Shown: piece after piece, positions 9,317 to 18,042 of the stretch
Layout of the letters: every line of letters begins with the position of its first letter
Numbering within the stretch: the stretch's first letter is position 1
Assembly (NCBI GenBank): GCA_041662565.1
Contig: JBAZSE010000001.1
Location: forward strand, 193,084-257,083
Length of the DNA stretch: 64,000 bases
Origin: Patescibacteria group bacterium
GTDB lineage: Bacteria; Patescibacteriota; Patescibacteriia; UBA1558; UBA10009
Reading direction: 5' to 3'
Notes under the pieces: generated by a model
What the model was told of the DNA's origin: nothing
Databases searched by the model: none
What the model saw: the letters and a program-made list of their open reading frames with translations, nothing else
Made by a program: the position numbers and the translations under genes

Positions 9317-10408
9317 ATGAATGAAATTTTATCAAAAGTTAATGATCTTAAATTAAAGATTGAAGCTCTTAAAGCCAGGGTTGATTTGGCTTCCAAACAA
9401 GGGAATATTGATAGTTTAGCAGGAGAAATGAATGAACCGTCTTTTTGGCAAAATCCAGAGAGAGCCCGGTTGGTTTCCCAGCAAGTTGCCAATCTAAAAG
9501 CCGAAATAGAATCCTGGCAACAGTTGGAACAGCAGATTAATGATTTATTAATTTTATCACAAGAAGATGAAAGCGATGATTCAGTTAGTTTAGATAAAGA
9601 AATTTCCGACCAGTTTTATATCTTGGAAAAACAATTCAAGCAATTGGAAGTTAAAACGGTTTTAAATGGTAAATACGATGTTGATAATGCCGTCTTAACA
9701 ATTTATGCCGGCGCTGGCGGAACAGAGGCGCAGGATTGGGCGGAAATGCTTAAACGGATGTACTTAAGATTTTGTGAAGGCAAAAAGTGGCCAATTAAAA
9801 TTATTGATGAATCGCGGGGCAATGAAGCGGGCATTAAAAGTGTTATGATGGAAATTTCCGGCAACTTTGCTTACGGATTTTTACGGGCAGAATCAGGCGT
9901 GCATCGCTTGGTGCGCCTCTCGCCATTTGATGCCGATCATGCGCGGCACACCTCTTTTGCTATGGTGGAAGTAACGCCGGAAATTGAGCAAGAGGATTTT
10001 TTGCTTAAAGATGAAGATTTAAAAATTGAAGCCAACACGGCTACGGGTCATGGCGGCCAATCGGTTAATACCACTTATTCCGCTATACGCTTAACTCATT
10101 TACCAACGGGCATTAAGGTCTCGTGCCAAAATGAAAGAAGCCAACTGCAAAACAGAGAAACTGCCTTAAAGATTTTAAAAGGCAAGTTGGCTAAATATTA
10201 CGAGGCGCAAGCGGAAGAAGAGCGGATGCGGATTAGGGGTGAACTAACCGAAGCGGCTTGGGGCAACCAAATTCGCTCTTATGTGCTGCATCCTTATAAA
10301 ATGGTTAAAGATCACCGCACCGATTATGAAGAGCATGAACCGGATAAGGTATTGGATGGCGAGTTGGATGGTTTTATAGAACAGTATTTGAGGAGCCAGA
10401 TAAAGTAA
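9317..10408 (+). CDS. prfB: Peptide chain release factor 2, encoded as one uninterrupted frame
   Basis: SPF tripeptide (RF2-specific) and GGQ motif (GGQSVNTTYSAIRLTHLPTG); 363 aa with no internal frameshift site. Confidence 0.85.
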   Translation: MNEILSKVNDLKLKIEALKARVDLASKQGNIDSLAGEMNEPSFWQNPERARLVSQQVANLKAEIESWQQLEQQINDLLILSQEDESDDSVSLDKEISDQFYILEKQFKQLEVKTVLNGKYDVDNAVLTIYAGAGGTEAQDWAEMLKRMYLRFCEGKKWPIKIIDESRGNEAGIKSVMMEISGNFAYGFLRAESGVHRLVRLSPFDADHARHTSFAMVEVTPEIEQEDFLLKDEDLKIEANTATGHGGQSVNTTYSAIRLTHLPTGIKVSCQNERSQLQNRETALKILKGKLAKYYEAQAEEERMRIRGELTEAAWGNQIRSYVLHPYKMVKDHRTDYEEHEPDKVLDGELDGFIEQYLRSQIK

Positions 10409-10451
10409 ATTTGACTAAATTTTCCTCATCATTTAAGATATAAATAGGGTC

Positions 10452-10475
10452 ACCTAAGAACTAAGAAGCTTAGGT
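10452..10475 (+). promoter_or_regulatory. Inverted repeat ACCTAAG-N10-CTTAGGT abutting a TATAAT -10; candidate operator
   Basis: cACCTAAGaactaagaagCTTAGGTATAAT read directly. Confidence 0.4.
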
Positions 10476-10501
10476 ATAATTAATAAGAAAAGCGAAAATA
10501 T

Positions 10502-10726
10502 ATGCAAGATAGTGAATTAAGGGGTTATTTTACCTCAATTAAGCAAGATGCTAACCGTGTCGAAGAACGGTTAGATAAGCAAGACCAGATCCTTGAGCAA
10601 ATCGCCAGAACCGTCGCTTTGATTTTGGATATGCTATCCGCTCATGAGACAACTATGAATTATCACGGCAATATGTTGGGTAATCACGAAAGAAGAATTG
10701 GCAAGTTGGAGCGCCAAATATCCTAA
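10502..10726 (+). CDS. Hypothetical small coiled-coil protein
   Basis: 74 aa; heptad-like charged pattern; downstream of the operator-like IR. Confidence 0.3.
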   Translation: MQDSELRGYFTSIKQDANRVEERLDKQDQILEQIARTVALILDMLSAHETTMNYHGNMLGNHERRIGKLERQIS

Positions 10727-10883
10727 TTTGACAAGTTGTAAAACATCAGTTAAGTTTAAATTAATATGAATTATATCTTAAAGAGCCAAGTTTGTTGTTC
10801 TACTTGTTCCTCCCAAACCATGGGTGGCTTCTTTGGATATACAAACTTTGCTTAAACTTTTGTAAATTATATCTCTTAAGAAT

Positions 10884-10912
10884 CCTCTCAAATGGTTTGA
10901 GGGGATTTTTTT
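10884..10912 (+). terminator. Rho-independent terminator
   Basis: CCTCTCAAA-TGG-TTTGAGGGG stem followed by a T7 run. Confidence 0.6.
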
Positions 10913-10935
10913 GTACCTTATAAAAAGGAGGTTGC

Positions 10936-11262
10936 ATGAAGATTCATTTACCTAATGGTTGGCCACAGAAGACCATTCGGCTACAAGTGAATGTGTTGGC
11001 TTTGCAGGAAAAGGATATTCAGGAGGTTTATCCTTGTCCTACGGATTCTCAGCAGATTGGGCTGGAAATCAAAGGTGTCTTTCATCGGTTCGGCTTACAG
11101 CCGGAATGGGCGGAGCAGCTACAGGCGCTAGATGAAAAACCATTTGGGAATGCCGTGTTTCATGGACACCCAGGGGTTTTAATCCTTAAAGCTCAATCAA
11201 CAGGCGAACTGGTGTTGGAACTTAAACCAGCTCACTACGATGTAGTGTTTATCGGTTGCTGA
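10936..11262 (+). CDS. Hypothetical protein (strong AAGGAGG RBS)
   Basis: 108 aa; aaaggaggttgcATG; GC higher than neighbours. Confidence 0.35.
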   Translation: MKIHLPNGWPQKTIRLQVNVLALQEKDIQEVYPCPTDSQQIGLEIKGVFHRFGLQPEWAEQLQALDEKPFGNAVFHGHPGVLILKAQSTGELVLELKPAHYDVVFIGC

Positions 11263-11343
11263 TAAGCCAATGAGGGGAGGAGGCACCAGCTTCTTTCCCT
11301 CAATTTTTTTGCCAAAACCCCATTAAAAGAGTAAAATATCATT

Positions 11344-12717
11344 ATGGATAAATTATTTTTGTACAACACATTAACCCGCCAAAAGCAGGAATTTATCCCT
11401 TTAAAAAAGGGTAAAGTTGGTTTATACACTTGCGGGCCCACAGTTTATAATTTTGCCCATATCGGCAATTTGCGTACTTATATTTTTGAAGATATTTTGC
11501 GTCGGGTTTTGGAATACAATAAATACAAAGTTAAGCAGGTTATGAACATTACCGATGTTGGCCATTTAACTTCCGATTCCGATACCGGTGAGGATAAACT
11601 GGAAAAAGGTTCTGCCAGAGAAGGAAAATCCGTTTGGGAAATTGCCGAGTTTTATACCAAGGCCTTTCGTCAGGATTTGAAAAATTTGAATATCCAGGAA
11701 CCTGATAAATGGATTAAGGCAACCGAGACGATTAAAGAGCAAATTGATTTTGTTAAAAAGTTGGAGAAAAAAGGTTTAACTTATAAAACTTCCGACGGAA
11801 TTTATTTTGATACTGCCAGGTATATTGATTACCCTCATCTTGCCAAACTTAATTTAGCCGGACAACAAGAAGGCAGTCGGGTGGAAATAAATAATGAAAA
11901 AAAGAATCCGACCGATTTTGCGCTGTGGAAATTTTCGCCAAAAGATTCTACAAGACAGATGGAATGGAAATCGCCGTGGGGCGTTGGTTGGCCGGGCTGG
12001 CATTTGGAATGTTCGGCTATTAGCATTAAAGCACTGGGCAAGGAATTTGATATTCATACAGGAGGCATTGATCATATTCCCGTGCATCATACCAATGAGC
12101 GCGCGCAAAATTGGGGTTTGTTGGGCCAAGAAGCTGTTAGATATTGGTTGCATGGCGAATTTTTGGTAATCAACCAAGAAAAAATGGCAAAATCAGAAGG
12201 TAATTTTATTACTATCCAGTCCCTTAAAGATAAAGGCATTAATCCTTTGGCTTACAGATACTTTTGTTTGCAAGCGCATTACCGATCCAAACTGAATTTT
12301 AACTGGGAAGCGTTGCAGGCCGCGCAAAATGGTTATAATAATTTAATTAAAGAAATTTCAACTTTGGAAAAACCAAAAGGGGATTGTTTTGAATTTGAAG
12401 CCAAATTTACTCAAGCTATTAATGATGATTTAAATATGCCCGAGGCCCTGGCGATTGTTCAAAAATTATTAAAGTCGGATAATCCTTCATCGGCTAAAAG
12501 GGCTTCAATTATCAAATTTGACAAAGTTTTGGGCTTGGGGTTAAATACTTATAAAGTTGCCACTAAGATCAGTCCGGAAATTCAGCTATTAATAAATGCC
12601 AGACAAGAGGCCAGAAAAAATCAAGATTGGCACAAGTCGGATGAGTTAAGAAAAAAAATTGAAGATCAGGGGATTAAAATTCAGGATTTGTCTGATGGCG
12701 GGTATGAAATAGAGTAG
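11344..12717 (+). CDS. cysS: Cysteinyl-tRNA synthetase
   Basis: HIGNLRTY (HIGH motif), KMAKSEGN (KMSKS motif), CGPTVYN zinc site; 457 aa. Confidence 0.9.
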   Translation: MDKLFLYNTLTRQKQEFIPLKKGKVGLYTCGPTVYNFAHIGNLRTYIFEDILRRVLEYNKYKVKQVMNITDVGHLTSDSDTGEDKLEKGSAREGKSVWEIAEFYTKAFRQDLKNLNIQEPDKWIKATETIKEQIDFVKKLEKKGLTYKTSDGIYFDTARYIDYPHLAKLNLAGQQEGSRVEINNEKKNPTDFALWKFSPKDSTRQMEWKSPWGVGWPGWHLECSAISIKALGKEFDIHTGGIDHIPVHHTNERAQNWGLLGQEAVRYWLHGEFLVINQEKMAKSEGNFITIQSLKDKGINPLAYRYFCLQAHYRSKLNFNWEALQAAQNGYNNLIKEISTLEKPKGDCFEFEAKFTQAINDDLNMPEALAIVQKLLKSDNPSSAKRASIIKFDKVLGLGLNTYKVATKISPEIQLLINARQEARKNQDWHKSDELRKKIEDQGIKIQDLSDGGYEIE

Positions 12718-12734
12718 ATTTAATAAAATTTAGC

Positions 12735-12770
12735 AAACAGGGTCAAAGATTTTTGACCTTGTTTTTATTT
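12735..12770 (+). repeat. AAACAGGGTCAA element copy A: hairpin terminator after cysS
   Basis: aaacagggtcaaag-atttt-tgaccttgttttt, a 12-bp stem plus T run; core 12-mer shared with copies at 36148, 42554 and 51731. Confidence 0.6.
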
Positions 12771-12773
12771 GTT

Positions 12774-14168
12774 ATGAAATTCAGAAAATCACAATTTGTT
12801 TTTTATGCTTGCATGAGCTTTATTATCGGAGTTGGTTTAGCTTCATTTTTTACCATTTCATGGACTGTTATTTATTTTGCCGGACTAGTCAGCATTATTA
12901 TGATAATTTTTAGTAAAGCCAAATCATCGTGGCAACTGGCTTTTCTTTGTTTTTTGTTTTTTGTTCTGGGTTATGGGCGTTACCAATTATCAATTCCTAT
13001 CATAAATGAAAACCAGATAGCATTTTATAATAATCAAAAAGTCGTTTTTCAAGGTGTGATAGCAGATGAGCCCGATGCAAGATTGGATCAGGTTAAATTA
13101 ACAATTAAAAGTTGGAAGCTTAAAGCAAAAACCGGTTGGCAAGATATCCAAGGTAATGTTTTGGTTAATACCAATTTATATCCTCAATATAATTATAATG
13201 ATATTGTGGAAATTTCCTGTAAGCTGGCCGCGCCGGAGCCAATAGAAGATTTTCAGTACGATAAATATCTGGCCAAATCCGATATTTATTCTGTTTGCTA
13301 CCGTGGTCAGATTAAATTAATCGGCCATTTTCAAGGCAACTTTGTTAAATCTTTCATTTTAAAAATTAAAAACAAAGTGGTTTGGCTTGCAGGCCAGATT
13401 TTACCCGAACCCCAGGCCTCGTTTTTGGGGGGATTGTTGTGGGGCGCTAAAAAGGGTCTACCGCCCGAAATTTTAAATGATTTTACCGCTGCCGGTGTAA
13501 CTCATATTATTGCTGTTTCCGGCTATAATATTACGATTATTGCTGTGGCGTTAACCAGCATATTTGTAGCTTTAGGTTTTGGCAAAAAAACCGTTTTTTG
13601 GCTGATTGTTTTATGTATTGCTTTTTTTGTGGCAATTACCGGTTTTCCCGCTTCTATTATCAGGGCGGGTATTATGGGCATTATTGTTTTAATGTCACAA
13701 ACTTTGGGCCGGGTTTCTAACATAAAAAATACTTTAGCCCTAACGGCTTTGGTTATGCTGCTAGTTAATCCTAAAATCTTAATCTGGGATGCTGGTTTTC
13801 AATTATCTTTTTTATCTACCATCGGTTTGGTTTATTTGTCGCCACTTATGGTCAAATGGTTAAAGTGGCTGCCGAATTTTTTAGGCATTCAGGATTCATT
13901 AAGTACAACTCTTTCGGCAATTGTTTTTACCACCCCGTTAATATTATGGCAATTCGGCAGATTTTCTGTTGTGGCGCCGCTGGCAAATTTGCTTATTTTA
14001 CCGGCCATTCCTTTGATGATGTTGTTGGGTTTTATAGCCATTGCTCTGGGTTTAATTTGGTTGCCAGCGGGCAGTGTGGCTGCCTGGCCCTTGTGGCTGG
14101 GCTTAACTTATATTTTAAACACGGCACATTGGTTAGCCGCTCTGTCGTGGTCAAATATTAATTTATGA
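12774..14168 (+). CDS. comEC: DNA internalisation competence protein ComEC/Rec2 (membrane domains only)
   Basis: FLGGLLWGAKKGLPPEILNDFTAAGVTHIIAVSGYNITII competence domain; polytopic; the track ORF began at an upstream TTG inside the hairpin, ATG at 12774 preferred. Confidence 0.8.
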   Translation: MKFRKSQFVFYACMSFIIGVGLASFFTISWTVIYFAGLVSIIMIIFSKAKSSWQLAFLCFLFFVLGYGRYQLSIPIINENQIAFYNNQKVVFQGVIADEPDARLDQVKLTIKSWKLKAKTGWQDIQGNVLVNTNLYPQYNYNDIVEISCKLAAPEPIEDFQYDKYLAKSDIYSVCYRGQIKLIGHFQGNFVKSFILKIKNKVVWLAGQILPEPQASFLGGLLWGAKKGLPPEILNDFTAAGVTHIIAVSGYNITIIAVALTSIFVALGFGKKTVFWLIVLCIAFFVAITGFPASIIRAGIMGIIVLMSQTLGRVSNIKNTLALTALVMLLVNPKILIWDAGFQLSFLSTIGLVYLSPLMVKWLKWLPNFLGIQDSLSTTLSAIVFTTPLILWQFGRFSVVAPLANLLILPAIPLMMLLGFIAIALGLIWLPAGSVAAWPLWLGLTYILNTAHWLAALSWSNINL

Positions 14169-15067
14169 AAAAAAAATTTAAAATTCTGATTTGGTTTTTT
14201 TCGGCAGTTTTATCATTATCAGTAATTGCCTGGCAAGCAAGTAGCGATAATGATTTAAAGGTCTATTTTTTTAATATTGGCCAAGGTGATGGTATATTAA
14301 TCAGAACTCCCGATAGGCAAAATATCGTTATTGACGGCGGACCTGATAATTCGTTTATTACTAAACTCGGGGCAACTTTGCCTTTTTACGACCGTACGAT
14401 TGATTTAATGATTTTAACTCATCCCCATGCCGATCATGTCACCGGTTTAATTACGGTTTTGGAAAGGTATCAAGTTAAACAGGTTTTATCTGCTGGCGTA
14501 ATTTATCAAAGCGCTCCGTATTATGGATGGTTAAAACTAATTCAAGAAAAAAATATTCCGATTGTGTTTGCTCAAGCAGGCCAAGAGTTTATTTTTGGTG
14601 AAGTAGATTTAAAAGTAATTTATCCTTGGCAAAATTTTGCTAACAAGGAAATCGTGGAAAAAGGCGATGAAGCCGCAACAAGCGGGTCAATTGATAATTT
14701 AAATAACACCTCGGTGGTTTTAAAAATGGTTTACCGGCAAAATTGCGTTATTTTTACCGGTGATTTGGAAATACCCGGCGAAGAGTTGATTTTAAAAAGT
14801 AAACAAAATATTACGGCCGACATATTAAAAGTGGGCCATCATGGCAGTGATACGGCCACAAGTGAAAAATTTTTAGCCCAAGTTAACCCTAAATACGCCG
14901 TCATCCAGGTTGGCCAGGATAATAAGTTCGGTTTGCCGGATTTGCGGGTTATCAAAAGATTAGCCAAAAAACAGATAAAAATCTACCGGACAGACCAAAA
15001 CAATGATGTGCTTTTCCGTTTAACCGGGCAAAGCATTACAGTTGATTATCCACCGCCCAAACCTTGA
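14165..15067 (+). CDS. Metallo-beta-lactamase fold hydrolase, equivalent to the ComEC C-terminal domain, encoded as a separate overlapping gene
   Basis: LTHPHADHVTGL HxHxDH motif; ATGA overlap with the comEC stop; signal-anchor N-terminus. Confidence 0.8.
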   Translation: MKKKFKILIWFFSAVLSLSVIAWQASSDNDLKVYFFNIGQGDGILIRTPDRQNIVIDGGPDNSFITKLGATLPFYDRTIDLMILTHPHADHVTGLITVLERYQVKQVLSAGVIYQSAPYYGWLKLIQEKNIPIVFAQAGQEFIFGEVDLKVIYPWQNFANKEIVEKGDEAATSGSIDNLNNTSVVLKMVYRQNCVIFTGDLEIPGEELILKSKQNITADILKVGHHGSDTATSEKFLAQVNPKYAVIQVGQDNKFGLPDLRVIKRLAKKQIKIYRTDQNNDVLFRLTGQSITVDYPPPKP

Positions 15068-15112
15068 TTTTCTTTAAAATGTTGGTATAATAGGTATAGT
15101 TTTAACTAATAT

Positions 15113-15508
15113 TTGACCATAATAAAAAATATGCCCGATAAGCAATACAACGTCCTTTTAATTGAAGATGAAGAAATGCTGGCCAGCATGTACGAAACCA
15201 AGTTTAAAAATGAGGGTTATAACATCCGCAAGGCCTTGGATGGTGAAACCGGCCTTAAGTTAGCCCAAGAAGAAAAGCCAGATATTATTTTGTTGGATAT
15301 TATTATGCCTAAACTGGATGGCTTTTCGGTTTTAAAAAAAATCAGGGAAATTGAAAAATTCAGTAAAGTGCCGGTTATTTTATTAACCAATTTGGGCCAG
15401 GATGAAGATGTTAAAAAGGGCACGGCTTTAGGCGCTAACGGCTATTTGGTTAAGGCCAACATGACGCCGACCGAGGTAGTGGATAAAGTTAAAGAGTATT
15501 TAAAGTAA
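15113..15508 (+). CDS. Stand-alone CheY-like response-regulator receiver domain
   Basis: VLLIEDEE...DIILLDIIMPKLDG...K; 131 aa, no output domain. Confidence 0.8.
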   Translation: MTIIKNMPDKQYNVLLIEDEEMLASMYETKFKNEGYNIRKALDGETGLKLAQEEKPDIILLDIIMPKLDGFSVLKKIREIEKFSKVPVILLTNLGQDEDVKKGTALGANGYLVKANMTPTEVVDKVKEYLK

Positions 15509-15538
15509 GTAATTAGGAAAATTATTAAATAAATATAT

Positions 15539-16003
15539 ATGGAAAGAACATTAATTATCATGAAGCCCGATGCTTTGCAAAGAAGCTTGGTGGGCGAGAT
15601 AGTGGGGCGGTTTGAAAAAAAAGGCCTTAAAATCGTGGGCATGAAAATGATGGAACTGGATGATCTTAAGTTGGATGATCATTATGCTCATCATAAGGAT
15701 AAGCCATTTTTTGGCAACTTAAAAAAATTCATGAAAAGTTCGCCGGTTTTACTGATGGTTTTGGAAGGCATAGAAGTGGTTAAAGCCGTGCGTATTATTG
15801 TGGGTTCAACCAAACCGATTGAAGCCGATAGCGGAACAATTAGAGGCGATTTGGCCATGACCAATTGGAATTTGGTCCACGCTTCCGATTCATTGGAAAC
15901 CGCCGAAACCGAAATCAAGCGTTTCTTTAATCAGGATGAATTATTTAATTACAATAAGGTTGGTTCCGAGATGGTTTACGAATCAGAATTCATCGCTAAT
16001 TAG
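15539..16003 (+). CDS. ndk: Nucleoside diphosphate kinase
   Basis: ERTLIIMKPDALQRSLVGEIVGRFEKKGLKIVGMK; NxxHASD active-site His region. Confidence 0.9.
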   Translation: MERTLIIMKPDALQRSLVGEIVGRFEKKGLKIVGMKMMELDDLKLDDHYAHHKDKPFFGNLKKFMKSSPVLLMVLEGIEVVKAVRIIVGSTKPIEADSGTIRGDLAMTNWNLVHASDSLETAETEIKRFFNQDELFNYNKVGSEMVYESEFIAN

Positions 16004-16009
16004 TTGAAT

Positions 16010-16037
16010 TTGACAGATTTTTCGTCTTTGCTATACT
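16010..16037 (+). promoter_or_regulatory. Sigma70-like promoter TTGACA-N16-TATACT
   Basis: Read directly; overlaps the ndk stop. Confidence 0.45.
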
Positions 16038-16050
16038 TATATTAACCATT

Positions 16051-16131
16051 ATGTCCAAGCAAGAAACCATTAGAAATTCCAGTATTTTCAGCCAAACAGT
16101 AAATTTTGGTTTCTTTTTTACTTTTATCTAG
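16051..16131 (+). CDS. Candidate micro-ORF (26 aa, MSKQETIRNSSIFSQTVNFGFFFTFI) between promoter and terminator
   Basis: ATG 20 nt after the -10; hydrophobic C-terminus; no SD; could instead be a small RNA. Confidence 0.2.
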   Translation: MSKQETIRNSSIFSQTVNFGFFFTFI

Positions 16132-16182
16132 CTTGCCTGATGGGTTAGTTGATTTAACATAAATCATCGAGCTGAGCTCGAC

Positions 16183-16211
16183 AAAACTAGTCCATCGGTG
16201 GCTAGTTTTTT
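16183..16211 (+). terminator. Hairpin terminator AAAACTAG-N11-CTAGTTTT plus T run
   Basis: Preceded by the 15-nt palindrome TCGAGCTGAGCTCGA at 16167-16181. Confidence 0.5.
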
Positions 16212-16329
16212 GTTATAACCGGATTTGTTGTTCTAAAATTCCAGTTTTCAATCATTGATTGGCAATTAGAATTTTTGAACAATAAACAAAGCAAATTGGA
16301 CTATTTGTCCACATCAAGGAGAATGCAGA

Positions 16330-16563
16330 ATGAAGTGTTCGTGCCAGCGGAAAATAACCCGCATCATTGCCAGGCAATACTATAACACTGCTTTAATCGG
16401 CGGTGGCATTGCTACAGATGTCGTGGGTTGGGAATTGACCCTCCAGGGCCATTGCTCAAACGGCTGCGGGCCTGTTAACTTGGGCTCCGCCCGATCAATT
16501 CAGGAAGTGCAAACAAGGTACCCCAACATAAGCATTGAGGAGAAGGCCAATGCCGCTTATTAA
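16330..16563 (+). CDS. Hypothetical Cys-containing small protein (GC-rich islet, gene 1)
   Basis: 77 aa, MKCSCQRK...HCSNGCGP; aaggagaatgcagaATG RBS; local GC about 50% against roughly 38% background. Confidence 0.3.
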   Translation: MKCSCQRKITRIIARQYYNTALIGGGIATDVVGWELTLQGHCSNGCGPVNLGSARSIQEVQTRYPNISIEEKANAAY

Positions 16564-16798
16564 TGACAAGAGCTGTGTCTGCGGCCGACCAATCAGCGTG
16601 ATTACCATCAGGGCTGGCGATCAGCCAGATGCTGATGCAGTTTCGCTCAACGTCCAGCATGGCTTTCACGCTTATGGCAGCTGTCATAACAACAACTGCA
16701 ATAAGGTCTATCTGGGCTTTGGCCTTGATGAGCGTAAGTTGGCCGATGACATGCAGCTTACATTTGTGGCCACCTGGCGCTGCACAAACTTTACTTGA
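16550..16798 (+). CDS. Hypothetical Cys/His-rich small protein (GC-rich islet, gene 2)
   Basis: 82 aa, MPLINDKSCVCGRP...GSCHNNNC; gaggagaagg SD; overlaps gene 1; followed by terminator AAGGGGGTTT..AAACCCCCTCTTTTTTT. Confidence 0.3.
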   Translation: MPLINDKSCVCGRPISVITIRAGDQPDADAVSLNVQHGFHAYGSCHNNNCNKVYLGFGLDERKLADDMQLTFVATWRCTNFT

Positions 16799-16865
16799 AT
16801 CCGATCAACGATTCAGCCAAGGGGGTTTATTGCCAAAACCCCCTCTTTTTTTCCACAAATTTTAT

Positions 16866-16893
16866 TTGACAAATATTTTTGATTTGCTATGAT
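16866..16893 (+). promoter_or_regulatory. Sigma70-like promoter TTGACA-N16-TATGAT
   Basis: Read directly. Confidence 0.45.
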
Positions 16894-16904
16894 ATCCATA
16901 AGTT

Positions 16905-16973
16905 ATGAAAAATTCACTTAAAAACCAGAATTTGTTAAATATTATTATTACGCTGATTAAGGTAGTCAGGTAA
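16905..16973 (+). CDS. Candidate micro-ORF (22 aa, MKNSLKNQNLLNIIITLIKVVR)
   Basis: Sits between the promoter and a perfect hairpin terminator; hydrophobic core; no SD. Confidence 0.2.
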   Translation: MKNSLKNQNLLNIIITLIKVVR

Positions 16974-16995
16974 TTTTTTAGTAAATTTAAAAAAT

Positions 16996-17025
16996 AACGC
17001 TGACTGCCAAGGTCAGCGTTTTTTG
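16996..17025 (+). terminator. Rho-independent terminator AACGCTGAC-N8-GTCAGCGTT plus T5
   Basis: Perfect 9-bp stem. Confidence 0.65.
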
Positions 17026-17116
17026 TTAAGCAGAAAATTTCTTCTCAAAAGTATTAAAGCCTTGGGCAGAAGATTTTTGCTGAACATTTCACAATCAAAT
17101 ATTTTGGAGTTCCAAA

Positions 17117-17407
17117 ATGCTGACCGCAGAAGAAAAGGCGAAATTCGCCGAAGGGTTTTATCATGATTTATTTGGGCGCTACGCAGTGCCCGGTGTTCAT
17201 GTCAATCCCGATGTTGTTTCAATTTCGGCCTTAAATAACGGAGGCGTGCCTCATAACCATGCAGGTTGCGCCGCCAAATTGGAGTGGGAAATTCTTTCCC
17301 ACGATCCAATAACAGGCAATATTCCTGTTCTGGTTTGCCCGGTTTGCAAGCAAAGCGGGCAAGAATCCAAGATCGCCAAAATCGATAGTTTGTGGCAATT
17401 AGCTTGA
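17117..17407 (+). CDS. Hypothetical small protein with HNHAGC and CPVCKQ motifs (possible zinc ribbon)
   Basis: 96 aa; ggag SD. Confidence 0.3.
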   Translation: MLTAEEKAKFAEGFYHDLFGRYAVPGVHVNPDVVSISALNNGGVPHNHAGCAAKLEWEILSHDPITGNIPVLVCPVCKQSGQESKIAKIDSLWQLA

Positions 17408-17571
17408 CTAATAGCTGTAAGGATTGCTACAATCTAACTCCGGTATTTTCCGGAAAACAATTCCAAGGGGGCCAAAGTTGACCCACGATAGAGATAACTC
17501 TTCTAATGTCAGCGGTTTACCGCCTGAAGAAGAGCAGTTCGATCCACCTAAACCAATTCTGGAGGATCACG

Positions 17572-17760
17572 ATGTCTGAGTCCGATCATTCGGACGCTGA
17601 TTTTGCTACCATCACTGCAACCCAATCGTCAACGAATACAGATACAGAAGTTCAGCCATTGTTTCTGCTGCCGCCTAATCTAACTGGAATTGCTCGTGAT
17701 AAGCAGATCCAGAGAGATGCTATCAGAGCAGCTAGGACCAAAAATTCAAGTCGTCATTAG
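17572..17760 (+). CDS. Hypothetical acidic Ser/Thr-rich small protein
   Basis: ggaggatcacgATG; 62 aa. Confidence 0.3.
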   Translation: MSESDHSDADFATITATQSSTNTDTEVQPLFLLPPNLTGIARDKQIQRDAIRAARTKNSSRH

Positions 17761-17783
17761 GACGATGTTATGGAGGATAGCAT

Positions 17784-17966
17784 ATGTCCCTTGCCAGCCT
17801 AGAGCAGATGGGGCTCGTGGATAACGAAGTGATTTATGATGTCTGGTCTCGTCGAGGATCCTTTGAAGGGGTAGTTACTTCCAAGATACAAGAGGTAACT
17901 AATCCAACAAACCAGTCTTCATCTGCCAGTCAGGCAGAGCCCTCTCATAGAGGGGCGAGGAAATGA
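17784..17966 (+). CDS. Hypothetical small protein
   Basis: ggaggatagcatATG; 60 aa; followed by a hairpin plus T7 at about 18003-18040. Confidence 0.3.
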   Translation: MSLASLEQMGLVDNEVIYDVWSRRGSFEGVVTSKIQEVTNPTNQSSSASQAEPSHRGARK

Positions 17967-18042
17967 TCTTCGTTTCTAAGAGCGTCTCAATGACGTTTCT
18001 AACCGCTTACCACATCAATGGTCAGCGGTCTTTTTTTACCCA

